Shown here: positions 44,822 through 60,800 of the stretch, piece by piece
How positions within the stretch are numbered: the stretch's first letter is position 1
Layout: each line of letters starts with the position of its first letter
From: the human T2T-CHM13v2.0 reference genome, Homo sapiens
NCBI GenBank assembly: GCA_009914755.4
Contig: CP068257.2
Span: 33,248,001-33,312,000 of the forward strand
Direction: 5' to 3'
DNA: 64,000 nt
Made by a program: the position numbers and the translations under genes
Notes under the pieces: model-generated
What the model saw: the letters and a program-made list of their open reading frames with translations, nothing else
Told to the model about the DNA's origin: nothing
Database searches by the model: none

Positions 44822-45649
44822 ACTATTATCTACCAAGCTGTGCCTGGGCTGCCCCCAGTGTTTTGCAGTGTGAGGAACTTCTACAGGCCAGCTTGGCCAC
44901 TGAAAGAAGCCAGTGATTAATGTAGTTTTAAACAAATCAAGATTTGCATAAATTGGCTCTGAAGTCAGCTTCTACAAACCAGCTGGAACACTCGCCATAT
45001 TCCTAGTTCAGTGCTGTCTTCCCAGTGGGTTCTCAGACTTTGCAGCTCACCCTTAGCCTTCTGTTGCAGGGAAACCACATCCATGTGGCTCCCAGTCTCT
45101 GGCAAGCCAGCAAAGGGCTCCAACTTCTCTTGCTTTCTCCACCTTCTCCTCACTGGCTGGAGCACTCAGGACTCTCCCAGGTCCTATTTTTCTCCTTTTG
45201 GTAATTTCCTGATAGAAACTCCAGCAATGAAGATAATTTTCAGAACTGTTTTTTTTTTTTCTGGTACAGAATTCATTTTGGCTTCTGGGAACTAAGAACA
45301 AATGAACTGTCTTTCTGAAGTCAAGAACTGTATAATGAAAGCTAAATGCAGAGGCAAAAGCCACTGTCGGTTGCCCTTTGTCCTCTCTGTCACCAGCCCT
45401 GGACATGAGGGTGAGACAGAAAGCCTCGCTCTTCCCCAGTGAAACCCTGCAATTGTTCTGTGCCAGATGAAGCCCTCTTCAGATGCTGGACAGGGTCCAG
45501 GTGCTGCCCTGTGAGTGGATGCCAGCCTCAGTCCTCATCCAGGCCAGGACCATGTCCAGGGCGGGCTTGCTCCTGAATCACATGCTTCCAGTCAGGACTC
45601 TGAATGCAAATGCTGGTGTTTTGTATTTTTTGTCGTTATGTTATTGTTG

Positions 45650-45897
45650 TTCTTTTTTTTTTTGAAACAAGGTCTCACTCTGTTGCCCAGGCTGGAGTGC
45701 AGTGGCTCACCGCAGGCTCCAGCTCCTGGGTTCAAGGGCTCCTCCCACCTCAACCTCCCAAGTAGCTAGGACTACAGACACACGCCACCACACCCCACTA
45801 ATTTTTAAACATTTTTAGACATGAGGTCTCCTTATTTGCCCCAGCTGGCTGTGAACTTCTGGCTTCAAGGTGATCCTCCTGCCTCAGCCTTCCAATT
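45650..45897 (-). mobile_element. Older, diverged and truncated Alu in minus orientation, possibly AluJ-like.
   Basis: tttttgaaacaaggtctcactctgttgcccaggctggagtgcagtggctcaccgcaggctccagctcctgggttcaag... It carries more mismatches to the Alu consensus than the other copies. Confidence 0.8.
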
Positions 45898-47781
45898 AGC
45901 TCATACTGATGTTTTATTTAAATATCGCATAATATTTCAGTAAAAGGCCTGCAAAGAGGGCACAGAAAGCATTTTTTGGAGTTCACTGGGGGCAGGACGA
46001 GCTATCCCATTAGGTGGGAAGGGGTCTCTTCCTGATATGCATCATACAGCTGCTTCTAGTGGTGGTACAGGACCCAGGAGAAGAAGAGTAGGTGCTTAAC
46101 AAATATTTGCTGAATAAAGGTTGATGAAAATCAATGTCGACAATACATTTATTGGGATCAGGTAAGGAACAAAGGTGATATTAACAACAGCTGCCACCTG
46201 CGTCTATTACCAGACATCTCATAGATAGCAACCCTGGGAGGGAGATCTTACATACATGAGGACAGAGGAATGGGAGATCCACCAAGGTGCCTGACAGCTG
46301 CATTTGAACCCATACTCAGATAGAGGAACCCTCTGCAGTCTGCTCAGGGTTGGAGTTTGTGGCTGGGAGAAAAGAGGAACAGCCTCTGCAGCCAACCCTC
46401 CTGGGCAGCGAATGTCTCCTCCCCACACTGCAGTGAACCCCTGGCCATCCTTCCAGCTCTGCCCTTGCCCCACTCCAGTAAAGCAGCCAGAGAGTGATAC
46501 ACATTAGATTGTGTCTCTCCTCCACCCAAACTCCTTGACGGCTTTCCAGGGCACTCAGAATTCCAGGCCCTGGAGGAAACCAGCCCAGCCCATCACCTAG
46601 ACCTGGGAGCACCTGTCTCCCTCGGCTTGCTCTGCCATAGCCTCTGTCTGTCTCACAGACGCGCCAAGCTTTTTCTGCCTCAGGACCTTTTCAGGGGCTT
46701 TCCTTCTGCCTGGACCACTTTCCTGTCTCTAAACTCCCCCAGTTTTCCCCATGGCTGCTCAACCGTCATCTACTAAAGTAATGGGTAAAGTAACCCCGCT
46801 CCCTACCCCTGAACCATCACAACTATCATGTCACATGCACGGGTTTCTTTTCACCATTGCATTTGTCTTATTTGATTTCTGTGTTTATGTATTTGTTGTC
46901 CATCCTCCAAGTGACAGAGGGAGTGGATGGAGTGAAGGATAAGTTTTGTCCTGTTCACTGCCCAGCATCAAGAAAAGTGCTTGGAACTGAGTAGATAGTC
47001 AACAGACACTTCTTAAGAATGAATGAATCAATCGATGACAATGAACTGTAGCTGCCACCTCCTCCAGCCTACGTACCCTGAGGCATCCTAGATCTCAGAG
47101 CAAGGAGATGATGACTGCCAGGCATTGAGTGGTGAAAAAATATTTTCCTTTGCTACTTACTCTTCTATCACTGGGTGGCAGTAAGGCTAGAAGCCTGGGA
47201 AATCTCCATCACCCGTCCTCTCTGTTTTGCGATACTCTTGGGTGCCCTGAGGGCTTTAGAGGTTGCTGCGGTCAACAACCTAAGCAACCACTTCTGAGTT
47301 TCTGGCATAGTGGCAACCACAACTGGCCAGTAGGTCGAGGAGGCCTCTGCTTAACATATTGCACCGATGTTTTGGTTATGCAAATATATGGTTTTTCTCA
47401 TTCCGATGGAAAACATTTCTGGCCAAGTCAAAACTACAGAAACACAGCAAGGAAGACTCATCTATATAGTCCCCTCAGTCCCATTGCCCCAGCCTGGGTC
47501 CCTCTTTTTACACCCTCAGAAGACTGTTCCCATTGCCTTCCTAGTCTTTGAGATGCAGGCATTTGGAAAGCACACATCTGATGCATACCTGAAACTCCGG
47601 ATCAGTCACGTAATTGTTTCCAGATATACAGGACATGTGTGATGACAGATAGGATATGAACAGATGAGTAGTGATTGGATCTGAGCTCAACATTCCAAAC
47701 CGATGCAAACTAGGGTGTGGGGAGAAGCCCCTGGCCTTTCACTTGGGGTGGGGCTGGGGGGCCTTCACCTGGTCTAGTTTA

Positions 47782-48133
<352 letters not shown>

Positions 48134-51100
48134 ATAATGGCAGGAGAAGGAGGGAGCAGTGGCTTTGCGTAGACTTTTCTCTGGGATGAACTGGGCTCAG
48201 GAAAGGAAGAAACCTGTTGGGTTCTGATGCGGGGCTGTTCACCCACAAAAGAATGGAGAGGTGCAGATGGAAGTGGATCTCCTGCAGAGATGGTGTAGAG
48301 ACAGAATGGAAACCCCAGGCCAGGAGTGTCAGCTTTGGGAACAGTGGTTGGTGGCATCTGCAGCCTTCTGCGTCAGCTGGACACCACACGTCTTAAGCCT
48401 CGTCACCTTCTCTTTACTTTTTTGCCCCTTCAAACTCACACTAATTTCAGTTGAGACAGGGCAGAATGCATACTTTGCACCACCCTATGCCACAAGGTTT
48501 CAATCTGGGGTGGGCATGGGGACCCTTTACATTGTATTCTTTAATAATTCACATGGCAGCATCGTAGGGCTACTTTTAATTGCTTCTTAAAAGTAATTAA
48601 TTGATTTTCTGACGTATCAGTTAACAATGTATTACACTGACACGAAGTTGTGTTTTGGCTCTTGATTGAACCGAGGGCTGTATGGATTAAATTCCACCCA
48701 GAGTTTAGCTTAGGAGACTCTAAAAATATGCCTCTATAAAAGGAAAGGCTTTTTACATGGCGTGTTGTCTAAAAATCTAAACCATATGTCCTTTCCAGGC
48801 TGTCAATGGGGTAAAATATGGGTTCCAGTGTGTGTAGCTGCTCAGACTTCGAACATTCAGGAGGCATAAAATAACCTACTGTTACTCAATATGGCCAACA
48901 CTCTGGATTAAAGTCACTCAGGCTATGCCGAGGGAATTCTCTCTCAGTCAGTGTGAAGCAGGAGCCATTCCATCAAAACGTGGTTTGCTAAGGACTCTTG
49001 GAAGGAGGCAAATATGAGCTTTGTTCTGAGAGCGGCTGTCTCCTGGCAGGAGCTGAGTTTGTCTGTAGCTGAGTTTGCAAGATCCATTCATTGACATTCC
49101 ATGATAGAAGAATTATACACAGGGAGGATTCCCATCAACAATGCAGACACTATTAATGGGGACGTTAAGACCAAGATTAGTTAAGTGGCTTGCCCTGGGT
49201 CATGCACTGAGTCAGTGGAGCATTAGGAACAAGGACCTCCTGACATTTTGGCTTCTGTAGGGATTTGTGTGGCAATTCTGTGATGAGGATGATATTGTAA
49301 CTGCCAGGAAGTCACCATGTATATTTCAACACCTACTGTACCCACAATATGAATCTCTTGACAGGGTCATTTCACGGGGGGCAGCATTTCTTCCCCACTT
49401 CTGGGAGCTATCACTCTGGCCTTTCTCCCCTTCATATGGTCAGTTGGGCGTATGGGAGAAGGAAGTGGCAACTCAGGGAACTCAGTTCCCTCCTCCCTCC
49501 CTCCACTTGGAGCTAGTGCCTGCAGGAAGCACACATTCTGGTCAGTGTCTTCATGTGGCATGTTTTACACTGGTTCAACTGCGCCTGAGACAGGTGAGAG
49601 AATTCAGCATTGGGAAGCCTGTGTGGCTGCACTTCACAGCCCCATTCTGCAACTTGGCCTTGAGCTGGCATTTGGATCTGCATGTGTCCCACTTCTTTTT
49701 GCCTGTGTCCTAATTGATTTGGAACTCAAGAGGGCTGCCATTCATTGCATGTCCTTCAATCTGAGTGTAAAGCCAGGACATGTGATGATGGCAGAACGAG
49801 CCCACTTAAACCTGATGCACAGTGAGCTGAGGCCTTGCTTCTCAGCTGTGTTCCTTACCTTGGCCTGGTCATTCGTGCTCAGTTTCCTGAATTATAGAAT
49901 GAGGATAACGATTCCTCCTTTACAGCACCGTTATGAGGACTAAATGAGATATTCAACGAGACCGCTTTTAGACTTTGTTTACCCTAGCAGTTGCCCAGTT
50001 AATAGGACTTGAACTTTTTTTTTAATTGCAAAGTACCAGAAGAAAGATGTAGAAAAAGTGTTTAAAAACCTTAACATATTATGCTATTTGATTTTTCAAT
50101 ATTTTGGAAACATCTTAAATTCTGACCAAAACTTACAGGAGGAAAATTGAAGGGAAGAATTAATGACTATGTGGAGACAAGGGAGTGCACCCTTTATGAG
50201 GAAGAAGAGGTGTGTATAGGAAGCACTTCACAGGTAAAGTCAAGCTCATCACTGATCTGGTCCTGCTGAGCTGAGGACAATACTTGACATTCCTCTGGTA
50301 ACTGTTTACATGACCATTCATTCTTCCTTGTCCAGCCTAAACACAAATAGGCAAAAAGACTCATGTTCATGGAATCTGCTTTAATTGCAGAGAATGGTTG
50401 TTTTATGAGCCTCAAAGGGGAAAAGCATTTTAAAAGCATGTGAAGAAGCATTCTATGCAAATGTAAAATATTATTAACAATCACATGACTACTTTGATCA
50501 TGTATTTTAACATATTTGTTGTTTCTTGGCAAAGTGGAAGGTGTTGTCAGACCAGAGGAATAAGTGCAAGAGATCAATGATGTTTGGGTGACTCATTTTA
50601 TAATTATCTTCAAACTTTAAGGCTTGCAAATTCCATTTTTCCTAGGTCAGTGTTATTTTGCTGAGATAGAGAACAAAAGTTAACATTATACAAATATGAA
50701 AAAAGTATTCTCTGGGGTCTGAAGTGCTGAATATCAACAGCCTCTTCACATTCCTCGTTTTTGGAAGTGAAAAGCTTTTACCCAGAGATATAGGTTGTCT
50801 TCTTAACTCTTTGAAAGTACAGTAATGAGATCCAAGCAGATTCAGTAATCCATATTCTGAAAGTTATTTGGGTTAAGAATAGAAGAGTTTTTTGTGTGTG
50901 TGGGGAAGGGGAGAGGGGGAAGAGTCATGAATTATTTACCATGATTCTAGTGATGGCAGAAAGCCTCAAGATTTTGCTGAAGTCACTGATTGATTTTCTG
51001 ACACAACAAGTGAAAGGCAACGCCAGTGGCTCATTGGTATTGCATGTCAGACACACGATCCCCTGTTAAATGCAGGGCTGCATTACAGCTGCTATAAGTT

Positions 51101-52712
51101 TGTGTTTCACGGGTGGGAGAAAGGGATAATTTCTGTTACCTGATCATTAATATACTCTAAAGAGTTCTGGAAGAAAGCAACAAACATGAACCCCATGTTC
51201 AACGAACATAATATGGGCCCTTCCCGTGGGCAAAGTCCTGTCCTGGAGAATTTGAGGGGTAACATTTGATGAAGGCATGGTCCCTCACTGTTAATAAATG
51301 CACAGTCTAGTGGAAGTGGCAGTGTGATTACCAAATACTGAGAGTTCGATGTAGAATGCAATGAATGAGATCACAGAGGTATAAGGCAAGTGTTATGGGA
51401 GCACAGGAAGGGGGAGAAATGAGTTCCATCTGAAAGGGCTGAGGAGGGAGGCTCGGAGGAGGAGATGATGACTAGATTGAGTCTGGAAAGAGTGCAGGGT
51501 TTAGACAGGCAAAAATGGGAAAGGAATTTGAGCTAGCTCACATGACATAAGCAAAGTCAAGGAAGAGGGAAAGTACAGGGGATGTCACAGAATGGCACAT
51601 GTTGGATGCAGCTGTGGGACATATCAGCATGGGAAGAGAGGGCCCAGGCAGAACAGAAGGCCAGGAAGGGAGGCCAGCCCTGGGTCGCGGCGGCATTTTC
51701 TGAGCTGCCAGGTCTTTCTATGTGTTATCTAACTTAATGCTCACAAAATCCTTTTGGGAAAGGCATCATGATTGCTCTAATTTTATACATAAAATAGCAG
51801 ATTTATGGAGGGTCAGTAATACCCAAGAACACCCAGCCAGCAAGTGGCAGAGCCAGGACCTAGATTCAGGACTGAAAATAGCAAAGGCCATGCTGTGACC
51901 CCATGCTGTTCCGACACAGTAGAAGTCCTATAACTAAGTCTATGGCTAGGGTTTGGAGACTTCTTTCCCATGGGCAGGTGGGCATCACAGAAGGACTCTG
52001 AGCAGCAGAGAAACCTAAGTGACCATGCTTCAGGTAGAGCCTGAGGAATCAGTGAAAAGAATGAGTAGGCAGAGATTGAAAGCCCATCGGCCAACTGGGA
52101 GATAGGGCACATGTCTTTGTGAAGGGGCTGTGGAAGCCAAGGAAAGAGAAAGCAGATGGAGACAGGGTGAAAGAGGACACTCAGAACTTTGGAGCCTAGA
52201 CATTGGGGTGAGGCTAGGGCACAGATGCAGATGTCCAGGTGTTTAGCCTGGGTGACTGGGATGATTGCAAATCATCAGGCAGTTTTCAGTTGAACAAAAA
52301 GAATTGGAATTCTGCATTAGCATTCTACATCCTACACCTAAAGGCGTGACTGGTTATTAGACAGTAAGAGAAATGCTGACCAGAGTTTTAATACTACATC
52401 AATCAGAGGCATTTCTGCTGGGTAACAAATTTAATAAAATGACAACATCCCTTGATATCTCTCTCATTCTTGGCAGAAATATCTCAAAGAAGATAGACAG
52501 ATGGAAAGGTGGTCAGACACATAAAGAAAGCAAGCGAGAAAGCCTGGAACGTTGAGCCCTCATACAAGCATTGAAATGAATGTGGGGCTTGGTCAGTATG
52601 AAAGGCAAGTCAATCATCATCACTGGAAGTCAGAATCAATTTGTAAGATGGCTCGTCAGGACCCTAAACGCATAAACAGAAGAATGAGAGGTTGTTATAA
52701 AGTCCTTGGCTT

Positions 52713-53013
52713 GGCCGGGCGTAGTGGCTCATGCCTATAATCCCAGCACTTTGGGAGGTCCAGGTGGATGGATCATGAGGTCAGGAGTTCAATACCAGCC
52801 TGGCCAACATGGTGAAACCCTGTCTCTACTAAAAATACAAAAATTAGGTAGGCTTGGTGGTGGGTGCCTGTAGTACCAGCTACTCAGGGGGCTAAGGCAG
52901 ATAATTGATTGAATCCGGGAGGCGGAGATTGCAGTGAGCTGAGATTGAGCCACTGCACTCCAGCCTGGGTGACAGGGTGAGACTCTGTCTCAAAAAAAAA
53001 AAAAAAAAAAAAA
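52713..53013 (+). mobile_element. Alu SINE with a poly-A tail and a target-site duplication aagtccttggctt.
   Basis: ggccgggcgtagtggctcatgcctataatcccagcactttgggaggtccaggtggatggatcatgaggtcaggag... The sequence agtccttggctt appears before and after it. Confidence 0.95.
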
Positions 53014-53492
53014 GTCCTTGGCTTTTACCCAAGTGATGATGCTGTGTGTTAAGGTCAAGTTGATCTGATAAATCGCTATGCAATAATCCAAGCACCCCAA
53101 TCCCTTGGGGGTGCTCATGAGATGAGAGATGCAGGGGCATGACAATATTCTCACCTTGAAAACCTCTTGGGGAGACTTCTCAACATAGGTTTGTGACAAT
53201 TGTCCCCTGGTCTGAGTTGAAAAAAATGTAGCTGATCATTATCAGCATTGCCAGATTAACACTGGTACCCAGTGAAATAGTCATCCCCCCTTGCAAGGGT
53301 TATGTGGAAGGAAGGATCTATGTTTAACAGATTATTTTAGTTTTAAAATTTGCTTATCTTATATATTGTGCTGCCATGGATGCCCTTGATTTTATTCTTT
53401 GTTAGGAAGGAATATCATGGCTTTGAAATCCTGAGGCCTATACTGTAAATCTTTCACAAATTTAAAAAAGTACATGAAATAAGATACATGAG

Positions 53493-54085
<593 letters not shown>

Positions 54086-55721
54086 AGCTGTTTCCCTTGG
54101 TACTCAAACTTAATAAGGTGGATTTGCAAGTATAGTCTTTGAAAAGTGATGACCATGGAGAGAAGGGACTTTTGTGAGGGATCCCTGATCTGGTGACCAG
54201 TGAGAACCAAGACAACTACACTCATTCAAGACCACATTTTACGTTTGAGCCCTGTTACTGGAGAACAGATAAGGGACCCATCCCGTGTTTTTGACTTCTT
54301 GACCTACTGACTTACTACATAACTATATCGATTTTGCATGGAAGCTCCTGCTCTCTGTGGGTTTGACCAGGCACCATTGGCCTGCCTTTTGCTGCAATAA
54401 GTCTGGGGGCTTCACTCACTCCTTAGTGGCTTATTCTCACCACATATTTGGCTCACACCAGCAGAGCCTGACTCTTCCGGGGAAAAAATGATTTACCAAA
54501 TTAGCATGGAGATAAAAATACTTTCTTCTTCGATTGAGTGGTCTCCTTATAGAATTGAAACAAAATTAGATTCAGGAAGTGGCATGCATTTTGGTAACTG
54601 ATGCTTGATAATTGAGTATTATTAGATTTAGGTTTTTGCCCAAAATAATGATTGTAGGACATTAGAACGAACTATTTCAGATGAAACTTTTCCAATGTGA
54701 ATCAAATTGTGAAAGGAACAAGCACATCCTGAATTAGTGCTGTATTTTTGAAACATACTGGAGTAGGTTTAAGCATTCCTTCCTTCCTCACGGTCATTGA
54801 GCAGATGTTCTTGCCAGGCTCTGCGTTAGGTACTTGGACTTGGGCAGTGAATCAGACAGCAAAAGCCTCTTCCTTTCAGGAGCTGACCTTCCAGGTGCAG
54901 ATAGAAACACTGAAATGAATTCTAATTGCATGTGTGGTGTGTGGACATAGCAAAATAACCATCATCAAGGAAAAAAGTACTCTTCATATTTAGAAACTTG
55001 GCTCCATACTATTTTACCAATTTTGGGAATCCCAATTATTTTTTTCCCAAAGATACATTTTAGCACGTAGGCACACTTTGAGGCTTTACTCCCACTCTCT
55101 TTTGTTTCTTTTACTATTTTCTTATTCCACAACCAAGGTCTTTCCCAAAACCCCAGCCTTTTCTCCTCCTGATGGCAAATTATGGCCATTATTAGAGACG
55201 GTGATTGTCCCATTTCTGCACAATGAGGTGAAGCAAGAATGAAAATGCTTGTGGATTTTGGTACTACCTACTGGGGGCAGCTTCCAACTGGAAACACACC
55301 ATGAAATTTACCAGTTTCAGACCAAATTGGATAGTCACTTAAAAAATCCCATGTAAGCATTTGTACCTTTGTTTCATATTTAAGCTGTATATTTTACATA
55401 CCTGGGAACACCTGGAAAGATCTTTTGGTATGACTGTCTGGAGAAGGTCTTAAACTTTTAGATTGTTAAGGAACTTTTCAGTTCCTTACATAAAACCTAG
55501 AGTTAAAAACTTGCGTTCTGAGGCCATCCCTATTTCTCTTGTGATGTGATATGTTGAGAAGTTATATATACACATCCACATGGGCAAGCCACATACTCAC
55601 TAAGAAAGTCCTTTTGTGTAAATACCAGGAGCTAAATAAACATTTTTTCATGTTTTTTTCTAGTTTTATTGTGGTAACATATATATATAACATAAAATTT
55701 ACCATTTTAACAATTGTATTT

Positions 55722-56017
55722 TTGTTTTTTGATTTGTTTTTGAGACTGAGTCTCACTCTATCACCCAGGCTAGAGTGCAGTGGCGTGATCTTGGCTCACT
55801 GCAACTTGTGCCTTCCGGGTTCAAGCGACTGTCTTGCCTCAGCCTCCTGAGTAGCTGGGATTATAGGAGCCTGCCACCATGCCCAGTTAATTTTGGTATT
55901 TTTAGTAGAGTCGGGGTTTCACCATGTTGGCCAGGCTGGTCTTAAACACCTGACCTCAAGTGATTTGCCTGCCTGGGCCTCTCAAAGTGTTGGGATTACA
56001 GGCATGAGCCACTGAAC
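55722..56017 (-). mobile_element. Alu SINE, minus orientation, with a target-site duplication accattttaa.
   Basis: gagactgagtctcactctatcacccaggctagagtgcagtggcgtgatcttggctcactgcaac ... caaagtgttgggattacaggcatgagccactgaacc. The sequence accattttaa flanks it on both sides. Confidence 0.95.
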
Positions 56018-56500
56018 CCAACCATTTTAAAGTGCATAGTTATGTGGCACTAAATATATTCACACTGTTGTGCAGCCATCACCACCTTCCATCTCCAGAA
56101 CATTTTTGTCTTCCCAAATGAAAACTCTTTACGCATTGAACCAGTCAACACCACCTCCCTGTTTCCCCCTCCCCCATAGCCTCTGGTAATCATCATTCTT
56201 CTTTCTGTCTCTATCATGTGACTACTCTAGGAAACTCATCTAAGTGAAATTGTACAGTATTTTTTGTGTCTGACTTATTTCACTCATTATAATGTCCTCA
56301 AGCTTCATCCATATTGTAGCATAAGTCCCTCCTTTCTAAGGCTAAACAATATTCCACTGTATGTACAAACCACATTTTGTTTGTCCATTTGTGTGTCAAT
56401 GGGCTTGGGTTGCTTCCACCTTTTGGCTATTGCGACCCATGCTGCTATGAACAAGAGTGCACAAATATAAACATTCTTATTCACTCTATTGACATAATCA

Positions 56501-56797
56501 TTTTTTTTTCTTTTGAGACAGTGTCTCTCTCTGTTGCTCAGGCTGGAGGGCAGTGGCACCATCTGGGCTCACTGCACCCTCTGCCTCCGGGTTCAAGCCA
56601 TTCTCCTACCTCAGCCTCCCTAGTGGCTGGAATTACAGGTGTGCACCACCATACCTGGCGAATTTTTTTGTATTTTTAGTGGAGATGGAGTTTCACTATA
56701 TTGGCCAGGCTGGTCTCGAACTCCTAACCCCAAGTGATCCACCTGCCTCGGCCTCCTGAAGTGCTGGGATTACAGGCGTGAGCCACCATACCAGGCC
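56501..56797 (-). mobile_element. Alu SINE, minus orientation.
   Basis: tttttttttcttttgagacagtgtctctctctgttgctcaggctggagggcagtggcaccatctgggctcactgcac ... cctgaagtgctgggattacaggcgtgagccaccataccaggcc. Confidence 0.95.
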
Positions 56798-57242
56798 TAC
56801 ATAATTGATTTTTAAAAATTGTGACAGACTCAACTATGATCAATCCCTTTTGAAAATCTGTGGCAGGATAGGATAATATTAATTAATTGATCTTGAATAC
56901 TTCCAACCTTCCTGATAGATTCATCTATGTCTTTAATAGACACTTGATGGCCGCCCAGCATGTACTGAGCAGCCTGCTGGATCTGGAGGATTCTGCTTCA
57001 AGTGTCTCTAACAGAGGAGACAGGACTGTAAGTGGGGGGCTCGAGGCTGGTGCTCTGTGTGCCACAAGCAAGGTGTGTGCCGGTTCTAGAGGAGAAGACA
57101 GCAGTCGTGCTTTGCCCTTCCAGGATTGTCAGGAGGGGTTTGGTAGCGGTGGAGAGACCAGAACTGAAGAGAAATGCATGCAATGTACCATCCCTGGGCT
57201 AGGAACTTGATCTCTCTTATTTTATGTAATTCTTTTAATAGT

Positions 57243-57345
57243 TTTATGAGGTAGGTACTTTACTGTCTTTATATCAAAGACAAGGAATTAAGGTTTGGTG
57301 AGATTAGTTTGGCCAAGGTCACATACCTAGTAAGAAGCACATCAC
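57243..57345 (+). mobile_element. MIR SINE fragment.
   Basis: ttatgaggtaggtactttactgtctttatatcaaagacaaggaattaaggtttggtgagattagtttggccaaggtcacatacctagtaagaag. Confidence 0.6.
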
Positions 57346-57727
57346 TTTATAGCTCTTAACTACTCTGTTACATTGATGTTCCAAGCAGGTATTAACAGGG
57401 TAAGGGAGAGAAGGGGTGAAGAGTCTTCCAGAAAGAGAGAAACAGTGATCTACATCACATGGGCTGATGAAGGAGCATGGGGGAATTTGGAGAACTGCAA
57501 GATGTCCTTACAAGTAGGGTCACCACAATTGCCTGCTGGAGTCCCCCCTGGTGATGAGGCCTGGGGAAGCCCCCTGTTCCCTCATCTCTTCCTCATTGTC
57601 CTTCTGGTAGGATAGCACCAGTGACACCTGGAGAGGCTGGATATTTTCTGCTCAATTTGGGTTTCTGCTGCTTGGGAATTTCTGACATAAACAGATGGAA
57701 AACATCAGAATCATTTTTACTGAATAA

Positions 57728-57880
57728 GTATCTACCATTGATTGAGCGCTTATACTAAGCCAGACACTATTCTAAGTACTTCACCTTCATTATCATTCTA
57801 AATCTTCACAACAATCCTTAGAGGTAGGTTCTATGATTACCCTATTTTATAGAGGGAGAAAATAGATAGCAATTGGCATG
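57728..57880 (+). mobile_element. MIR SINE fragment including the 5' region.
   Basis: attgagcgcttatactaagccagacactattctaagtacttcaccttcattatcattctaaatcttcacaacaatccttagaggtaggttctatgattaccctattttatagagggagaaaatag resembles the MIR consensus tgagcacctactatgtgccaggcactgtgctaagcactttaca... Confidence 0.7.
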
Positions 57881-60800
57881 GCCTTGATTAGAATAATATG
57901 TAAGCCCAAAAAACTACAGATGGTCATTACCAATGTCCTATTTATGTATTAGACCCTAACAGCCAACTTTCTCACCTTAGCATGATACAGTTATGTCTTG
58001 ATTACCTCTGTTATGGTATGGCTTATCCTTGGCCGTTAGGACGGGTGGCTGTATAGCTCAGTGTGCCCCAAAAGAAAAATAATGACTATCAAGCACCCAG
58101 GGGCTGCTGATTCCCTTTCATCTTGTGCAACAGTAAAGATGAAATATCTATATTTAAATTGGGCTCCTTAAGAGGTGGGCTGTCACTGTCAGTTAGCTTT
58201 GTGGTTTTCATTTCTTTCCAGTTCAGAATTGGATTTGTGAAGAAACTGAATAGTGATGAGACCGGCCCTGTTCACCCTGATGACAGTTATGCACGTTTTT
58301 AAGTTGTGACGTCATGAAAACTTGTGGCACCTTTCTGAACAGCCAGAACTTCATTTCAAACAAAACTCTAATTATAGTTGTTACTTAAAAAAAGTCCAAA
58401 CTCTAAAAACCATAACCTAGTTGTTGACCTAGTTTATAAAGTCTAGGCATTCCACGGGAATTCAAGGTGCACAAAGGCCAACCTGAACTTGTGGCTGACC
58501 CCATACCTTCTGCTCTTCTTATATTTCCCATTTCAGTGAACAGCAATTCTGTCAACCATCATTCAAATGCAAAAGCTCAAGTCTTTCTTTCCCAACACTG
58601 CAACTCTGTTGATTTTACCACCTCCCCATCCTCTGGTTATGTCCCTCACCTCCTCCCCACTGCTGGTCTCTGGAGTTTACTTAGTAGATCTCTTCGATTT
58701 GGCCTTGACTCCCACCTTGCCATCTTCCACGCTGCTGCTGAGCCATGTCTCTCGCGTTAAAATCTGAACACATTTCCCTGCTTGAAAGCCTTCTATAGTC
58801 CCCAGTGCCAGGAGGTCCTGGCCACTGGGCCCACTGTCCACATCTCCTGTCTTCCCCCTCTTGAATCTAATGCTGTTGTTGTATTGACATTTTTGTGTTT
58901 TCATACGTGACAGGGCAGTTCACAAGTTGGGGCCTTTACTCACTCAGTGACCCAGCCCCGCCATGGTGGTTTTGCCTCTTCCCCTATGATGGCTAACTTC
59001 TCTTCACAACAGCTTACCCATCAATCCAACTTGGGATCCTGTCCCTTTGCTAGGCCCAACTTAGCTCCTCTCCTCATTTCCTTCAATTCATTTCAACTAA
59101 ATTTCAGTTCATCTTTGATGACCACTTGCTAAGTGCTAGGCTCTGTGCTCTGTGTTGGGAATATGGAGATGAATGGAACACAGTCTCTTTCCTTAAGGTA
59201 CAACAGGTTAATACTCAATAGCTACAAGGTGTAGAGGTGGCACAGGGTGGCTGGTGACTAATTGTCTTGGAAGGCACACAATTCCTGGAGCTAGTGATAT
59301 CAGGGTAGAGTTTGTTAAAGGACAGTAGGAAATTGACCTGTGGCTGTGGTGTGTTGGTGATGAGAAGAGGAGAGACATTCGAGTTGGAATAAGCAACATG
59401 TGCACAGTCATGGTGGTACAAACGAAGAATGTGTTTGGGAGACTCCTATGCGGTTTAGTATCACTGAAAAAGTCTCCTTGGGCATGAGACCAAAGAGGAA
59501 CGTGGGAGCCATTTGAAGGAGTATCATGTTTATTATGCTGAAGAGTTCAATTTTATCTCTTTCCTGAAATTTCCATTTCTTCCCTGTCTCAATCAGCTTG
59601 GGCTGCTATAACAAATTACAATAGACTGGGTGGCTTAAACTACAAACATTTATTTCTCATAGTTCTGGAGGCTGGGAAGTCTAAGATTAAGATTCAGCTC
59701 TGGAGGGAGCCTGCTTCCTGGTTTGCATATGGCCATGCTGTCACTGTATCCTCACATTGTATGTGTGAGAGAGAGGAGGCAAGCTCTCATGTCTCTTGTT
59801 ATAAGGGCACTAATTCTATTCATGAAGATTTCATCATCATGACCTAATTACTTCCCAAAGGCCCCACCTCCTAATACCATCACATGGGGTGTTAGGGCTT
59901 CAACATATGACTTTTGGGAGGATACAAACATTGAGTCCTTAACATCCCCAATCTGTGTTTCCCAGTGAGTTCTATGCAGGTGCAATGAAGTCCATAAACT
60001 CTTCCCAAACTATGTTATCCTTTAGAACAGTTGTATGAATTTCCATAGCACTGGTAGTTTGGGTTACGTATCTGAAAACATAATTATACAGGTCTTTCAT
60101 TACTCTTGAATTGGATCATGTGAGTTTATTTTCACTTCCTCAATGTTATGGGTTGAATTGTGTCCCTCCTAAAAGATATGTTGAAGTCCTAATCTCTGGT
60201 ACTTGTGAATGTGACCATTTTTGAAATAGGGTCTTTGCAATTATAATCAAGTTAAGATGGGTCATTATGGAGGGTTCTAATCCAAGATGACTGGTGTTCT
60301 CATAAGAAGAGGAAAGCCATGGGAAGACACAGACACAATGGGAGAAAGCCTTGTGATATCAAAGGCAGAGACTGAAGTGATGCAGTTACAAGCCAAGGAG
60401 TGTCAAGGATTGCTGGCAACCATCAAAAACTGGGAAGAGGTAAGGAAGGATTCTCCCCTTCCTGTTTCAGAGGAAGCCCGGCTCTTCCTGATCTTAGACT
60501 TCTGGCTTCTAAAGTTTTGAGGCAATAAATTTCTGTTTGCTTAAGTCACCCAGTTTGTGGTACTTTGTTATGGCAGCCCTAGGGAACAAATACAGCTAAT
60601 TATATTGTAAGATCCTTAGAGGTAGAAAAATGATGAAATATTTTAGCATGATTACAGCATGGCTCAGAAAGAGGTTCGAGAAATAATTGGTACGTAAATG
60701 TTGAATGGGTGCATGAAATGGAGATGGGAGTTCACAATAGTCAGAAGGGTGTAGAGTCACCTGTTTTTCCCAAAGGCTAGTACTATAGAGTGCTTTCCTT